This document shows, in pieces, positions 36,713 to 47,972 of a DNA stretch of 64,000 bases (its first letter is position 1; every line of letters starts with the position of its first letter). Origin of the DNA: Felis catus. Taxonomy: Eukaryota. A program made the position numbers and the translations under genes. The stretch is taken from positions 30,444,001 to 30,508,000 of the forward strand of contig NC_058383.1 in NCBI RefSeq assembly GCF_018350175.1. The letters run 5' to 3'. The notes under the pieces were generated by a model, which ran no database searches, had not been told where the DNA came from, and saw only the letters and a list, made by a program, of their open reading frames with translations.

Positions 36713-37290
36713 GGGTAATATTGGTACCATTTATTGACCACTTATTTTACTCTGCACTAGGTGCTGTGTACCCAACATGTACCACCTAGGTGCACTTGAC
36801 ATGTGTCACCTAGGAGCACTTAACATGCACCACCTAAGAGCATTTCCCATGCATCACCTAGGTGCACTTAACACGCATCACCTAGGAGCAGTTAACATGC
36901 ACCACCTAGGAGTACTTAACATGCACCACCTAGGAGCACTTAACATGCATCACCTAGGAGCAGTTAATATGCACCACCTAGGTGCACTTAACATGCACCA
37001 CCTAGGAGCACTCAACATGCATCACCTAGGTGCACTTAACATGCATCACCTAGGAGCAGTTAACATGCATCACCTAGGAGTACTTAACATGCACCACCTA
37101 GGAGCACTCAACATGCATCACCTAGGTGCACTTAACATGCACTACCTAGGAGCACTCAACGTGCATCACCTAGGTGCACTTAACATGCATTACCTCATTC
37201 TATCCTCAGAACAACACTAGAAGCTGGATGACATTTTAAAGACAAGAAAATGGGCTCAGGAAGACCAAGGCCACAGGGCTGCCAACTCCT
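36713..37290 (-). mobile_element. MIR SINE hosting a minisatellite
   Basis: catttattgaccactta before the array; catgcattacctcattctatcctcagaacaac and cattttaaagacaagaaaatgggctcag after it. Confidence 0.75.
36775..37194. repeat. 24-bp minisatellite (VNTR), about 17.5 copies, consensus CACCTAGGWGCACTTAACATGCAY
   Basis: cacctagg recurs every 24 nt (36783, 36807, ...) with no indels. Confidence 0.98.
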
Positions 37291-37519
37291 GGCAGAAGGG
37301 AGTCAGCTCTGCTCCACCCTATGCTGTCCCTTCCTGAAAAAGCAGTCACCTGCCTAAGTGACACCAGCAATGAGGCAGGTCCACTTATTTTGGGGTCTTG
37401 CCTGAAGAATTCAGGGTTTGTTCATCTGATTCCAAATCAGTTAGGAGGATTTTCTTATCATCATCTGTCTAGCACCTGGTAGAGGGCTTTGCACACAGTA
37501 GGTGCTCAATAAGAGAGAC

Positions 37520-37705
37520 AGGAAGGAGATTAGTGTCTGCCGGGGGCTGGGCTAAGAGGGAAAGGGAAAATGATTGCTAATGAACATGGGGTTGCTTTCT
37601 GAGGAGATGGAAGTGATGACTGGTGCACAACTTTGTGAGCCTACAAACAACCGCTGAACTGCATACCTTAAAAGGCTGAAACCGTATGGTATGTGAATTG
37701 TGCAC
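37520..37705 (+). mobile_element. Old L1M 3' UTR fragment
   Basis: gattagtgtctgccgggggctggg...tgcacaactttgtgag...tatggtatgtgaatt. Confidence 0.75.
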
Positions 37706-37727
37706 ACACACACACGCCTATTTCAAA

Positions 37728-38386
37728 CAGACTTCAAATAGGGCTGTAGTTTAAGCACATCACCTCTCAAATTTCCTAGGGGCTGAGTTTTCAAGACAAA
37801 AACAATCATCTGGTGATATCGCTAGATCAAACATTTCCTGAAAACTATACAGAAAAAAAAATGCATAGATAAATGAATGAATCAGCCTAAGCACCTACTA
37901 GAAGAAATTACCATTATCAATAATCAGTTAATTCCCATGATCACTAGTTATAGCTGCTCATTTGCGTAGAATTCTAATAGATAGATTTTCTCAATTGAGC
38001 CTTTGGACAGCCCCAAGAATTAAACAGGGCAAAAATTACTACTCATTTGTATTGCAGAGAAACAAGGTTTGGGGAGCTCTAAGCAACTTTTCTGAGGTTA
38101 ACAGAGCTAGGAATTCCCTCCACTCTCTGTTGTGTTCTTGACTTTTGTTGATTTGCTCCTCTCTACTTCACAAAAGCCTGGCAATCTGGCGATTTCTTTC
38201 CATTTCAGGCCAGATCATGTGCCAGTAAAATATTACCCTTGACCGAGCCACAACATCAGATTTCAAACAGGGCTGTAGTACAAACACATCCTGTCTTGAA
38301 TTTCCCAGGAGCTGAGCTTTCACAACAAAACAGTAATTTGATGACACTGACATTGCTGGATCAAATCTTTCCTGAAGGCCACTATG
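37728..38386 (+). repeat. Diverged direct repeat of about 120 bp (37728-37848 and 38257-38386)
   Basis: Colinear blocks cagayttcaaayagggctgtagt, aatttccyagg, gctgagytttca, gatcaaa, tttcctgaa. Confidence 0.85.
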
Positions 38387-39159
38387 CCTTTGGACATTTT
38401 AGTTATATAGCCAATATATTCTATTATTTAAATCAGTTTCAATTTCTGTTGCATCAAAAAGCAGAAAACCCCAAACAAAGGTTTGACTGATATACCATCA
38501 CCCCTTTGGGTCATGTGACGCCGGTGAGGCTCCACACAATTACTTCTGAACTCTTTTTATTTGTTCAGGCATCAGATTTTTATGGAGTACCCACTATGTG
38601 CCAAGATCTGGGGCCAGCAGACAGGAGATACATTCTTGCTTCCTTCCAGATCAGCCAAGTCTGTATCCTGGCTCCAAGTTCTTTTCAAAGTCAGTATCTC
38701 AGGCCAGATCTGAAAACGGACTGCTTTGTAACATAACCAGGGCAGACCTGTGCCTGGCCCGACTTCGGCAGCAATTTGTTCTAATGAAAACCATGATGTG
38801 TCAGTGTTATTAGTCTGCAAACAGCAGCCCTTTGAAGATTCCCTGTTTGCAGGGAGCTTTTCATTTAGTTAATTATAAGGCTGTGACATGAGGGGGTTGC
38901 AGAAGCCCCCTCGGTGAGGACTGGAGGGAAGGGATTACATGAATGATTTTCTCTCACCTACAACACCCAGAACATGTAAAAAGCTTGTTCTAATGCCTTC
39001 TGCCTGAGGTGAGTATTATCTGACTCTGGGCTAAATGTTCCCAGCCTGCCTTCATAGCTCGACTCCCGAAACTCCAGCCCTGTGAAACCTTGTGGAAACC
39101 AAGGTCTGCGGAGCCAGAAAGGGGAGGGTTTCTATGCGGCTCTGACCCTGTAACCGTGA

Positions 39160-39340
39160 GCCCCTTTTATAACCTCTTTTGTGCCTCAGTCTCCCCAACT
39201 GGGAAATGGGAGAATGAACAGTGGCTGCCTCCTCGGGGTATTATGAAGATCGAATGATGTAAAAACATACAACATGAAGCAAGGCACCCAGCACATAATA
39301 AAAGTTCAACAAATGCCCTATTGTCATTGTTCCTGTTATC
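39160..39340 (+). mobile_element. MIR SINE
   Basis: taacctcttttgtgcctcagtctcccc...aaatggg; gcacataataaaagttcaacaaatg. Confidence 0.8.
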
Positions 39341-39722
39341 ATTATTAATCATCCACAGACAGAACCACCTCTGTCCTCTGAACACCCACTGCCTTGTCTC
39401 CTCCGCTCCGGATTATTTTCACCACGATGTGGTTATTTTAGGCCCTGCCGACCTCTCCTGCCACATAGGAGCCCCCAAAGGTCAAAGCCTGTGATGGGTG
39501 CACCTTTGACCCCCATGCCCTGCTCCAGCTGCAGGAATGGATCGGACGGTCACCTTGCTTAGGGTCCTCTGGACCCCCCAGGACTGCAGCCTGCAAAGAC
39601 AGACTCCATGTTCAGTGCCTTTCCTGCTGGTCTAGCACATTCTCTCAGGATACATGTTCGGTTTTAACAACTCGTTTGGTGGTTACACACTTCTACTGTA
39701 CAATTAAAAACAAACAGCATTT

Positions 39723-39815
39723 GGGGCATCTGGCTGGCTCAGTCAGTAGAGCAGGTGACTCTTGATCTTGGGGTCATAAGTTCGAGCCCCACCTTGGGCA
39801 GAGCATTTACTTAAA
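39723..39815 (+). mobile_element. Short tRNA-Lys(CTT)-like SINE or tRNA retropseudogene (SINEC_old-like)
   Basis: 39728-39800 is colinear with tRNA-Lys-CTT (gctcagtc.gtagagca...gactctt.atct..gggtc...gttcgagccccac.ttgggc) and lacks the CT tract. Confidence 0.8.
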
Positions 39816-40038
39816 ATTTTTTTAACTATTTTTTAATGTTTATTTATTATTTCTGAGAGCCAGGGGCGGGGGGGACTGGGGGCGTGGGGAGAGAGAGAGG
39901 GAGACACAGAATCAGAAGCAGGTTCCAGGCTCCCAGCTGTCAGCACAAAGCCCGACGCGGGGCTCGAACTCAAGAACAGTGAGATCATGACCTGAGCAGA
40001 GTTGGACGCTTGACCGACTAAGCCACCCGGTGGCCCCC
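39816..40038 (-). mobile_element. Can-SINE inserted antisense into the tail of the previous element
   Basis: Antisense SINE body; aaattttt on both sides. Confidence 0.92.
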
Positions 40039-40425
40039 CTCCAAATTTTTAAAGAAAATATTTTTTAAAAAATGTCATTTAATGTGTATCAAGTTTCTGT
40101 TTTGCAGGATGAAAAAGTTCTGAATAACACTGTGCGGGATGCTTAAACATTTGCTCAGAGGGTATATCTCATGTTCTGTGTCTTTTTTACCATAGATTTG
40201 TTAAAAAGCAAGGGATTACTGAGACAAGCTACGACAGAGATGAGCCTTGAAAATGCAGTAAGTCTAAAAAGCCAGACCCGAAAGGCCGCATATAGTGTGA
40301 ATTCTTTTATGTGGAAAGTCTGTAATAGGCAAATCCAGAGTTTAGAAAGTAGATTTGTAACTGGCAGGGCTGAGGGCAGGAGGAAATGTAAATTATATAT
40401 TGATAAAGCTGTTTAAAACAAAACA

Positions 40426-40595
40426 GGGGTGCCTGGGTGGCTCGGTCAGTTAAGCCTCCGAGGTCAGCTCAGGTCATGATCTCCTGGTCCATGAGTCTGA
40501 GCCCCTCATCGGACTCTGTGCTGTCAGTGCAGAGCCTACTTGGGATTCTCTGTCCCCCTCTCTCTCTGCCTCTCTCTCTCTCTCAAAAATAAATA
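40426..40595 (+). mobile_element. Can-SINE
   Basis: ggggtgcctgggtggctc head, CT tract, aaaaataaata. Confidence 0.92.
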
Positions 40596-40615
40596 CTTTT
40601 TTGTCCAGAAAAATT

Positions 40616-40985
40616 AAGGAAAGGAAAGGAAAGGAAAGGAAAGGAAAGGAAAGGAAAGGAAAGGAAAAGAAAGGAAAAGAAAGGAAAAGAAAGGAAAAGA
40701 AAGGAAAAGAAAGGAAAAGAAAAGAAAAGAAAAAGAAAAGAAAAAGAAAAGAAAAAGAAAAGAAAAAGAAAAGAAAAAGAAAAGAAAAAAGAAAAGAAAA
40801 AAGAAAAGAAAAAAGAAAAGAAAAAGAAAAGAAAAAGAAAAGAAAAAGAAAAGAAAAAAGAAAAGAAAAAAGAAAAGAAAAAAGAAAAGAAAAAAGAAAA
40901 GAAAAAAGAAAAGAAAAAAGAAAAGAAAAAGAAAAGAAAAAGAAAAGAAAAAGAAAAGAAAAAGAAAAGAAAGAAAAAGAAAAAG

Positions 40986-41016
<31 letters not shown>

Positions 41017-41040
41017 GAAAAAAGAAAAGAAAGAAGAAAA
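40616..41040. repeat. Long polypurine A-rich compound microsatellite
   Basis: About 425 bp of only A/G: (GGAAA)n, then (GGAAAAGAAA)n, then GA4/GA5/GA6 units. Confidence 0.98.
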
Positions 41041-41399
41041 CAGTGCCCAGAACCAGGCTACTGCTGTCCCTGGGCCAGCCTGACTGAAAGCACCAGAAAC
41101 CAGCTGTGGGGACAAGATTAGACGGACCCCAGGTACTTTACAGAGCAGATGGGAGGCTGAGAACCGGGTACGGAAGTAGGCTTGGGGTCAGGCCACACTC
41201 CCCATGTCCCCAAGCCGCCCCTGGAAGGAAGTTGCTGGACTTTGAGAATCTACTGCAGAGGCCAGGTCTGGGAAAGTTCCGACTGGCCTGGCGTGGTCAC
41301 ATGACCAGCCCACGGTCAGGCCCACCACGAGGTAGCTAGGGAGAGGAGGTAAACCTCCAAGTGGAAATCGGGGTGCCTTAAGGAAGTGACAATACGTTC

Positions 41400-41770
41400 C
41401 GGAAATCTGCTCCGGCTGCCGTAACAAAACACCACAGACCAGGGCCCTTCAACAGCAGACACTGATTTCCCACAGCTCTGGAGGCTGGGAAGTCCAAGGT
41501 CAAGGCGCTATGCGACTCAGGTCACCGTGAGGGCAACCTGGCTTGTGGACAGCCGCCTTCTCACGCGTCTCCACATGGCAGAGAGAGCTCCGGTATCTCT
41601 TCCTCTTCCTCTGAGGACACTACTGCCATGGGGGTGGGGGGGGAAGGGAGTCCGCCCTCATGAGCTCACCTAACCCTAAGCCCCTCCCAAGACCTCCCTG
41701 CAAAGACCATGGAGATGAGGACTTCTGCACAGGAACCTGGGGAGGGCACACCCATGCAGTCCACAACAGG
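41400..41770 (-). mobile_element. MaLR solo LTR (MLT1A/B-like)
   Basis: gctgccgtaacaaaacaccacagac...cacagctctggaggctgggaagtccaaggtcaagg. Confidence 0.85.
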
Positions 41771-43067
41771 GACCACGGTGAGCATCCTTCTTAGAACCAG
41801 GAGGGGCTGAGAAGAGGTGGTGAGGGAGGCTGGAAAACCCAGAACCTGCAGCAGCCCGAAGACCTGGGGTCGCGTCCTGACTCGGCTCCCACGGTCCATG
41901 GGAGGGGCTCCCTGGGCCTCAGTTTCCCCTTCCTGCCTCCTGAGGCTGCCGTCCTGACAATTCGGATCACACGTATAATGTGACAACAGCACAGCGCCAG
42001 CACGTGACGGCAGGTGGTGGAGGGAGGCGCTTCCTTCCCGCCCGGCTGGGGTGAGCCTGGCCAAAGCAGGCAAGGCAGGCAGGGGGGCCAGCCCTCAGAA
42101 ATTAAGTCCGGCCGTGGCCAGAGGCCTCCGTGCTGGGAGCACTGATGTCCGTGTCGCCACAGGGACCGCTGATCCCATTTTAATTATTCTTACCAGGCCG
42201 GAGGTTCTGGCCCCCTGGGGTCCTGCTCTCAGCCACGCAGGAAGACCTCACTGCTCGGCGGACAAAGGGCAGCTCTGGCAGGTATGTGCGATCACACCTG
42301 ACAGCTGCCCAGTGTGCAGGGCTCAGCCGAAACCTGACTTCTTGCGAGGAGCTCACTGTCCCCCGGGGGAAAGTGCCAGTGCCAGGTGCTCTGGGGACTG
42401 ACTGACAGGCTGCTCTGGGTGGGAAACGGTTTTGAAATAGAGGATGCCTCCCTTCTTCCCCTTGTTTCTCCTTCCTCCTCCTTCCCGCTTCGGTTGGCAA
42501 ATACTGTATTCAACTTCAGGGTTTGGTTCCCAGGGCCTTGATTAGCCCTTTAGTTTTTATCTCTGGTCACTCCGCTGTTTCAGACACATTTCTTTGCCTC
42601 TGCTGCCCCTTCCGCTCTGAGGCATCGCCAGCTCACCCCCCGACCCAATTCCCCCTCACCCACCAGCACTTAGCTCCAGGGTCACCTCCTCCAAGAAGCC
42701 CTCCCCAACCACCGTCTGCCTCTAGCTACATGCCCCTTCTCTGGGCTTCGTTGTATAATGTCACTTAACACCTGGAAACTGTCCGTCTCCACACCGGATT
42801 CACCCAAGACAGCACCGCATAATTTTCACCACTGAACCCCTAGCTCAGAGGCTGACACATAGCAAGTGCTCAGCTGAGCAAGGAAGGACTCTCGGGAGCT
42901 GACTACAGACCTATTCTAAAGACCGCAGGACTTACGGATAGCCGGGAAAGGTGTACATCAGAGGTGGGCTGGCCGGGGAAAATGGCATAAAGCCCAGGAA
43001 CAGTATCAAGGTCCAGCACGACCTGGCCCCCACCCAGCTCCTCCCCCATGTCAGTTTCAGAGCGCTT

Positions 43068-43347
43068 CTTTTTTTTGTTTTTAATGTCTTTTATTTATTT
43101 TTGAGAAAGAGAGAGAGTGAGTGAGCGCACAGGCAGGGGAGGGGCAGAGAGAGGGAGACAGAGGAGCAGAGAGAGGGAGACAGAGGGGCAGAGAGAGGGA
43201 GACAGAGGGGCAGAGAGAGGGAGACAGAGGGGCAGAGAGAGGGAGACAGAGGGGCAGAGGGAGAGGCAGAGAATCCAAAGCAGGCTCCAGGTCCTGAGCT
43301 GTCAGCACAGGGCTCAAACCCACGGACTGTGAGATCATGACCCAGGC
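43068..43347 (-). mobile_element. Rearranged Can-SINE with internal tandem amplification and deletions
   Basis: Antisense SINE motifs gaatccaaagcaggctccagg and gagatcatgacc; head collapsed. Confidence 0.88.
43141..43270. repeat. 22-bp tandem repeat GGGGCAGAGAGAGGGAGACAGA, 5 copies plus 1 variant
   Basis: Units start at 43141, 43163, 43185, 43207, 43229 and 43251. Confidence 0.95.
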
Positions 43348-45386
43348 CTTAATGGGATGCTTTCTTACCCTCCCCAGGGTGACCTCCAGGGGGGGACTCT
43401 TGACAAAAACGCCTCAGCTTTCTATGTCTCAGTTTCCTCCTGCACCAAGCAGTGGCGAGAGACGGCTGTCAGAATTAAATATGACCGTGCAGAAGGAACA
43501 CGCTGTGTCTGGTGAATAGTATGTGCTCAGTAAAAGTTAGATAACGTCACCCTCCAGCTGAGGCAACCCTACAACAACCGTCAAAGGTAAGATGTCAATG
43601 AATTAGTTATTAAAGCCAGAGTCTTGGCAGAGAAGGAGCTAGGAGATGAGGAGCGTCTGTTCAATAAATGATTAAAACACTGCCATCATACCAGGAAGCA
43701 CCGGCAGGGAAAGTCAAAGTTAAAAGAGCGGTTCCCGTGGAGATCTGACAGCCAGCCTGCACTCCCCTTGCCCCACCCCCAAACTTAGAGCCCCCGGCTG
43801 CTAGGGCCCAGCTCAGCTCATCTATCTGTCTGCAATCTCTGAACCAGAAGCCATCCACGTGGCTCAAAAGACAGTACGACATCGAGAGGCACGCGTGGAG
43901 AAGTCTGGGGCGGCCACCCTGTCCCCCTCCGTCTTCCCCCTACACGACATCCAGCCGTTTTTGCTACGTTTGTCTTCAGCCTTCCAACGCTTCCTTTTTC
44001 AAGTACACATAAATTCAGATACACAGTCTTACTCCCTCTACTTCTTACGTTCTGCACCTTGGTGTCTCCCCATTTCTGGGGACCGTTCTGTCTCCTCTGT
44101 TTTCTTTCTTACACCTGCAGACCACTACAGCGCAGACCCAACACCGATTATTTAAGCCACTCCCTACTGATGGGGCCTAAAGGGACCCTCCAGAAATGAA
44201 ATTCAGACTGATTTCCTCCTGCTTAAACCGCTTCTGTGGATCTCCACTGCTCTCGAGAAAATCGCCACCCTCTGCCCCATGGCCTCTGAGACCTCCCACG
44301 GTCGGTGAACTGACCTCTCCACACACCCTCTGCCTTCTCCACTCTGGCCACTCAGGTCTCCTGCCCTCTCCTCCAAAGGCCCAGGCCACTGCCTACTTCA
44401 AGGCCTTCCCCCAGCAGAGCCATGCGGTGCCCTGGGCCTGGGCTGCTGTTCTACTCTGTTCCTTCCTACTGCCTTTCCTACCTGCCCTCCAGGTCTCTGC
44501 TCCAGCAGCGAATCCTGGGCAAACGGCATTCCCTAACCCTTGACCAAAGGCCCCCATTTCATGCTCTCCTGTCTCCCGTTCTCCCCTGCTCACGTCAGAG
44601 ATGTAATTTTACAAGTGATCGCACTTTCTAGCTGCTCAGTGTCTGGGCCTCCCCAGCCAGACTCAAAACTCTGTGAGAGCAGGAACGGTTCACCGTACTC
44701 ATCGTTGAATCCCCAGTGGCTATAAAGGGCTTGGAATGGTTTTATTCCAGAGGTGTTTGTGGAAGGGAGGAGGAGGGTGGTAAGACAAGAGGTAGGGGAG
44801 GGGTGGGGGGGGGGGGGAGAAGGAATGAGATGCATTTATTAAGTAAGCTCCCTGTGCCAGGTACCATGATGCTAGGCACTGTGACGGAGGGAAAGAAAGG
44901 ATAAACAGAAAGAAAAAAAAAATCCTGCTTACAGTCTAGCTGAGAGGATTCATTTACACAAGAATATGTAACCAAAGTCAGGGCTGCACAAGATCAGGGC
45001 CGGATGCCAAATGAGCGTACCAGGCGAATAAACACATAAGGACTGTGAGGCCCGTTTTGACCCATTTATAAAAGCATTTCTTCAAAGGTTCCATAAATAC
45101 ATAGTCCCAAATACTATATAATTAGAAACCGTAATTCCTATTCCTGAAGGCAACCTTTGCACTTTGACATTCCATTTTAAACGTAAACTATCTTTACGGA
45201 GTTGGTCCTTAATCAAAAAAGCATTTTAATTCAAAATAAACACCATTATTTTCTTTCCCCAAGGTTGTATTTGGAGCAATGAAACTGTTGGCTTAAAGGT
45301 GAATGTGGGGTGTGGGGGGTGGAGGGTGCGGGGGGGGGGGCAGGGTGGTACAAAGGAGCCTGAGGAGCAAAACAAGGGGGGGGGCG

Positions 45387-45477
45387 GGGTCTACCTGGCT
45401 GTGTGCTAATCTGCTGGGTTTTCCTGGGTCTACCTGGCCGTGTGCTAATCTGCTGGGTTGTCCTGCTGGGTTGTCCT
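45387..45477. repeat. 39-bp tandem duplication plus a 13-bp sub-duplication
   Basis: gggtctacctggcygtgtgctaatctgctgggttktcct twice, then gctgggttgtcct again. Confidence 0.92.
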
Positions 45478-47094
45478 GAGCAATCAGGTCACCTCTCCGC
45501 CTCTCCCCCATCCGGGGACTTGGTTTCCACACAACTGAGCTGAGTGAAGAAGTGAATGAAGGGTGTTCCGGCACTACCAATGACTGTCACCCTCTGCCCT
45601 GGTTCCTTGTGTCCAATAGAGAAGGAGTCTGTCTCTCAACAGTCTGAACCCCTTTTATTCACCAGCTGCTCTGAGATTTTCCTCCTTAGAAGCAGATCAG
45701 CAGAAAAGGGGAGGTCAGGACCTTAGCTGAGGTCTCCAGAGTTCTGCAGATGCACAGCCTTCCCTGAGCTGGGGTGGATACCCCAGAGGAAGCACCCAGT
45801 AAATGCTTGCTGAATTAGTGAAATGAAAAAACTAACAGATCCTGCCCAGAGAAGCCAACCAGCTTGACAGCATCTCGCACAGGACAGGACAATACTCAAT
45901 TCCTCAGGTCTAGCAGCATTGCTTTCTCTGGGAAATGGGTTCATTATTAATCGAACAAAATATCAACGGTGCATCAGTTATGAACCACGAACAGAAAATC
46001 CAACGTGGAACAAACAAGTCTGAATAATCCTTTAAGACATAAATCAGTTCACACTGCGCCCCACCACGTAAAATCTTTCAACAGCTTCCCAACTTGCAGT
46101 AAGTGTAACATTCAAAGTCCCCACCGTGGCCTTTCGGGTCCTGCCGAAATCTTCCTCTAGGACATTATCTGGTCTCCCTTTCCCTCTGTCCCCTGCACCC
46201 AGCTACAGCTCCCCAACTGAGATCAGCCAAACCACAACCAACCCTCACACTCAGCTGTCATGGAGGAAAGAAAAATAATCGTAGATGTAAGGTATTGAGA
46301 TCTGGGGTTTTTTTTTGGGGGGGGGTGGTATTATTTGTTATGCAGCATTATTGCCATAATAGCTGACTAATACAGAGTGCCACCATTTACAAGATGCATA
46401 ATCTTAGGAAAGTCACTTAACCTCTCTGGACCTCAGTATGACTTAAATTGTTTTAAAGATCCATCTGTCTCCTCCCCATTTACCTCATGGAGTAACTGTG
46501 GGACAACAGAGGAAGAGGACTTTGAAAACTATCAAAGCCTGTTGCAAATGCAAGATCGCATGAAAGGCTTTAGTCTTGCCAGGCCGGACCAAGGGGTAAG
46601 TCTGTGGCTGTCCTGACAACACGGCACGACTCAGCAGGCCACCACCAGCCGTCTCTTACGAAGACATATTGTGTCTGTCACATATGCACTCAGAACCCAG
46701 GCCTACCCTCCTGGCCTGCCAAATAAAGATTTGGGCTTCAGAGGGAAATCTCCACCAGCCAGGAATCAAAAGACATTTCACTTCTAAGACACATCCGAGG
46801 GAAACCATCACAGGTGCACACACAGTTGGACATGCAAAGCTGTCCGTTATGTCGTTCTTAATGGCAGACAATGGACAGCAATCTAGATGTCTGATGCTAC
46901 AGAATGGATACGTGGGTACAATGGCATACAGTGAGACCACCTAAAATAATGCCAGAGAAGGATTTTCCTTTTGCAAAAAGTCCTCCTTGGGAAGCTACAA
47001 GATCCACAGAGCTGACTTAGGAGCCAACGGAGGACAAATGCATGAAATTTGGGTTCCTTCACTTCTCCTTCAATCCGAGAGGCTCTTTTATCTG

Positions 47095-47490
47095 TGTTAT
47101 GGGTTGAATGTTGGTGTCCCCCTATTCGTATGTTGAAGCCCTAACTCCCATGTGCCGGCAGTAGGAGGTGGGGCTTTGGGGAGGTGATTAGGTGAGGATT
47201 AGGTCATAAGGGTGGGACTCCATGATGGGATTAGTGCCCTTATAAGAAGAAGAGACCCCTGAGTGCTCACGCAGCAACATTCTCTCTCTGTCTCTCTCTC
47301 TGTTACTACCACATGAGGACACAGCAAGAAAGATCCCCTTCACAGTAAACCAGGAAAGGGATCTCAAGGGACGAAATCAGAGCACCTTCATTGAGGGTTT
47401 CCCAGCCTCCAGAACTCTGAGAAATAAATATCTCTTGATTAAGCACCCCAAGCTGTGGTTTCATTATAGCAGCCCCAGCAGACAAAAGCA
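47095..47490 (+). mobile_element. MaLR solo LTR (MLT1A/MST-like)
   Basis: tgttatgggttgaatg...tatgttgaagccctaac...atgggattagtgcccttataaga...cagcctccagaactctgagaaataaat...tagcagccc. Confidence 0.9.
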
Positions 47491-47740
47491 ATCTCTCTTA
47501 TAAATTTCATTTCCAATGCTCATAGAAACGGTTCAGAAGGCTACAACCAGTTTGAAGACCATCCCTGGAGAAGAATGTCAAGGTGCCTCCATCAGGTGGT
47601 GACGGGAAATGACCAATTACAAAATAGCATTTTATAATATGATTTCATTTTGTAATAAATAGGAGACAGAGAACTAGATGAACGCTCTCCAAAATATCAA
47701 CAGCATTTATCTCTAAATGGTAAGAATGAAGGTGACTTCT

Positions 47741-47858
47741 GGGGGTGCCTGGGAGGCCCAGGTGGTTAAGCGTCCAATTCTTGGTTTTGGCTCATGGTCC
47801 GTGAGCTCAAGCACCGCACAGGGCTCCACATTGACAGCACGGAGCCTACTTGGGATTC

Positions 47859-47900
<42 letters not shown>

Positions 47901-47972
47901 CCTCCCCTGCTCATACTCTTTCTCTCTCAAAATAAGTAAATAAACTTTAAAAAATAAAAACAAATTTTTTAA
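47741..47972 (+). mobile_element. Can-SINE within an old L1 fragment
   Basis: TSD aagaatgaaggtgacttct/aagaataaaggtgacttct. Confidence 0.93.

Noticed and set aside
36235..36789. 184-aa ORF
   Set aside because: It runs through MER20-like and MIR sequence and has no recognisable domain.
36775..37194. 24-bp partly palindromic repeat array as a CRISPR-like locus, or as a His-rich protein gene (ORF 36777-37220)
   Set aside because: Units are contiguous with no unique spacers, there are no cas genes, and the context is mammalian. The ORF is explained by a unit length divisible by 3, with no promoter or splice support.
39728..39800. Functional tRNA-Lys gene
   Set aside because: Several stem mismatches, a SINE-type ggggc leader and an A-rich tail indicate a retroposed copy.
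40474..41115. 213-aa Phe/Ser-rich and 160-aa Lys-rich ORFs
   Set aside because: Translation of the A/G microsatellite plus a SINE.
41100..42400. CpG island or promoter
   Set aside because: GC-rich with scattered CpGs, but partly LTR/MIR-derived, and by eye not dense enough for an island; no first-exon evidence.
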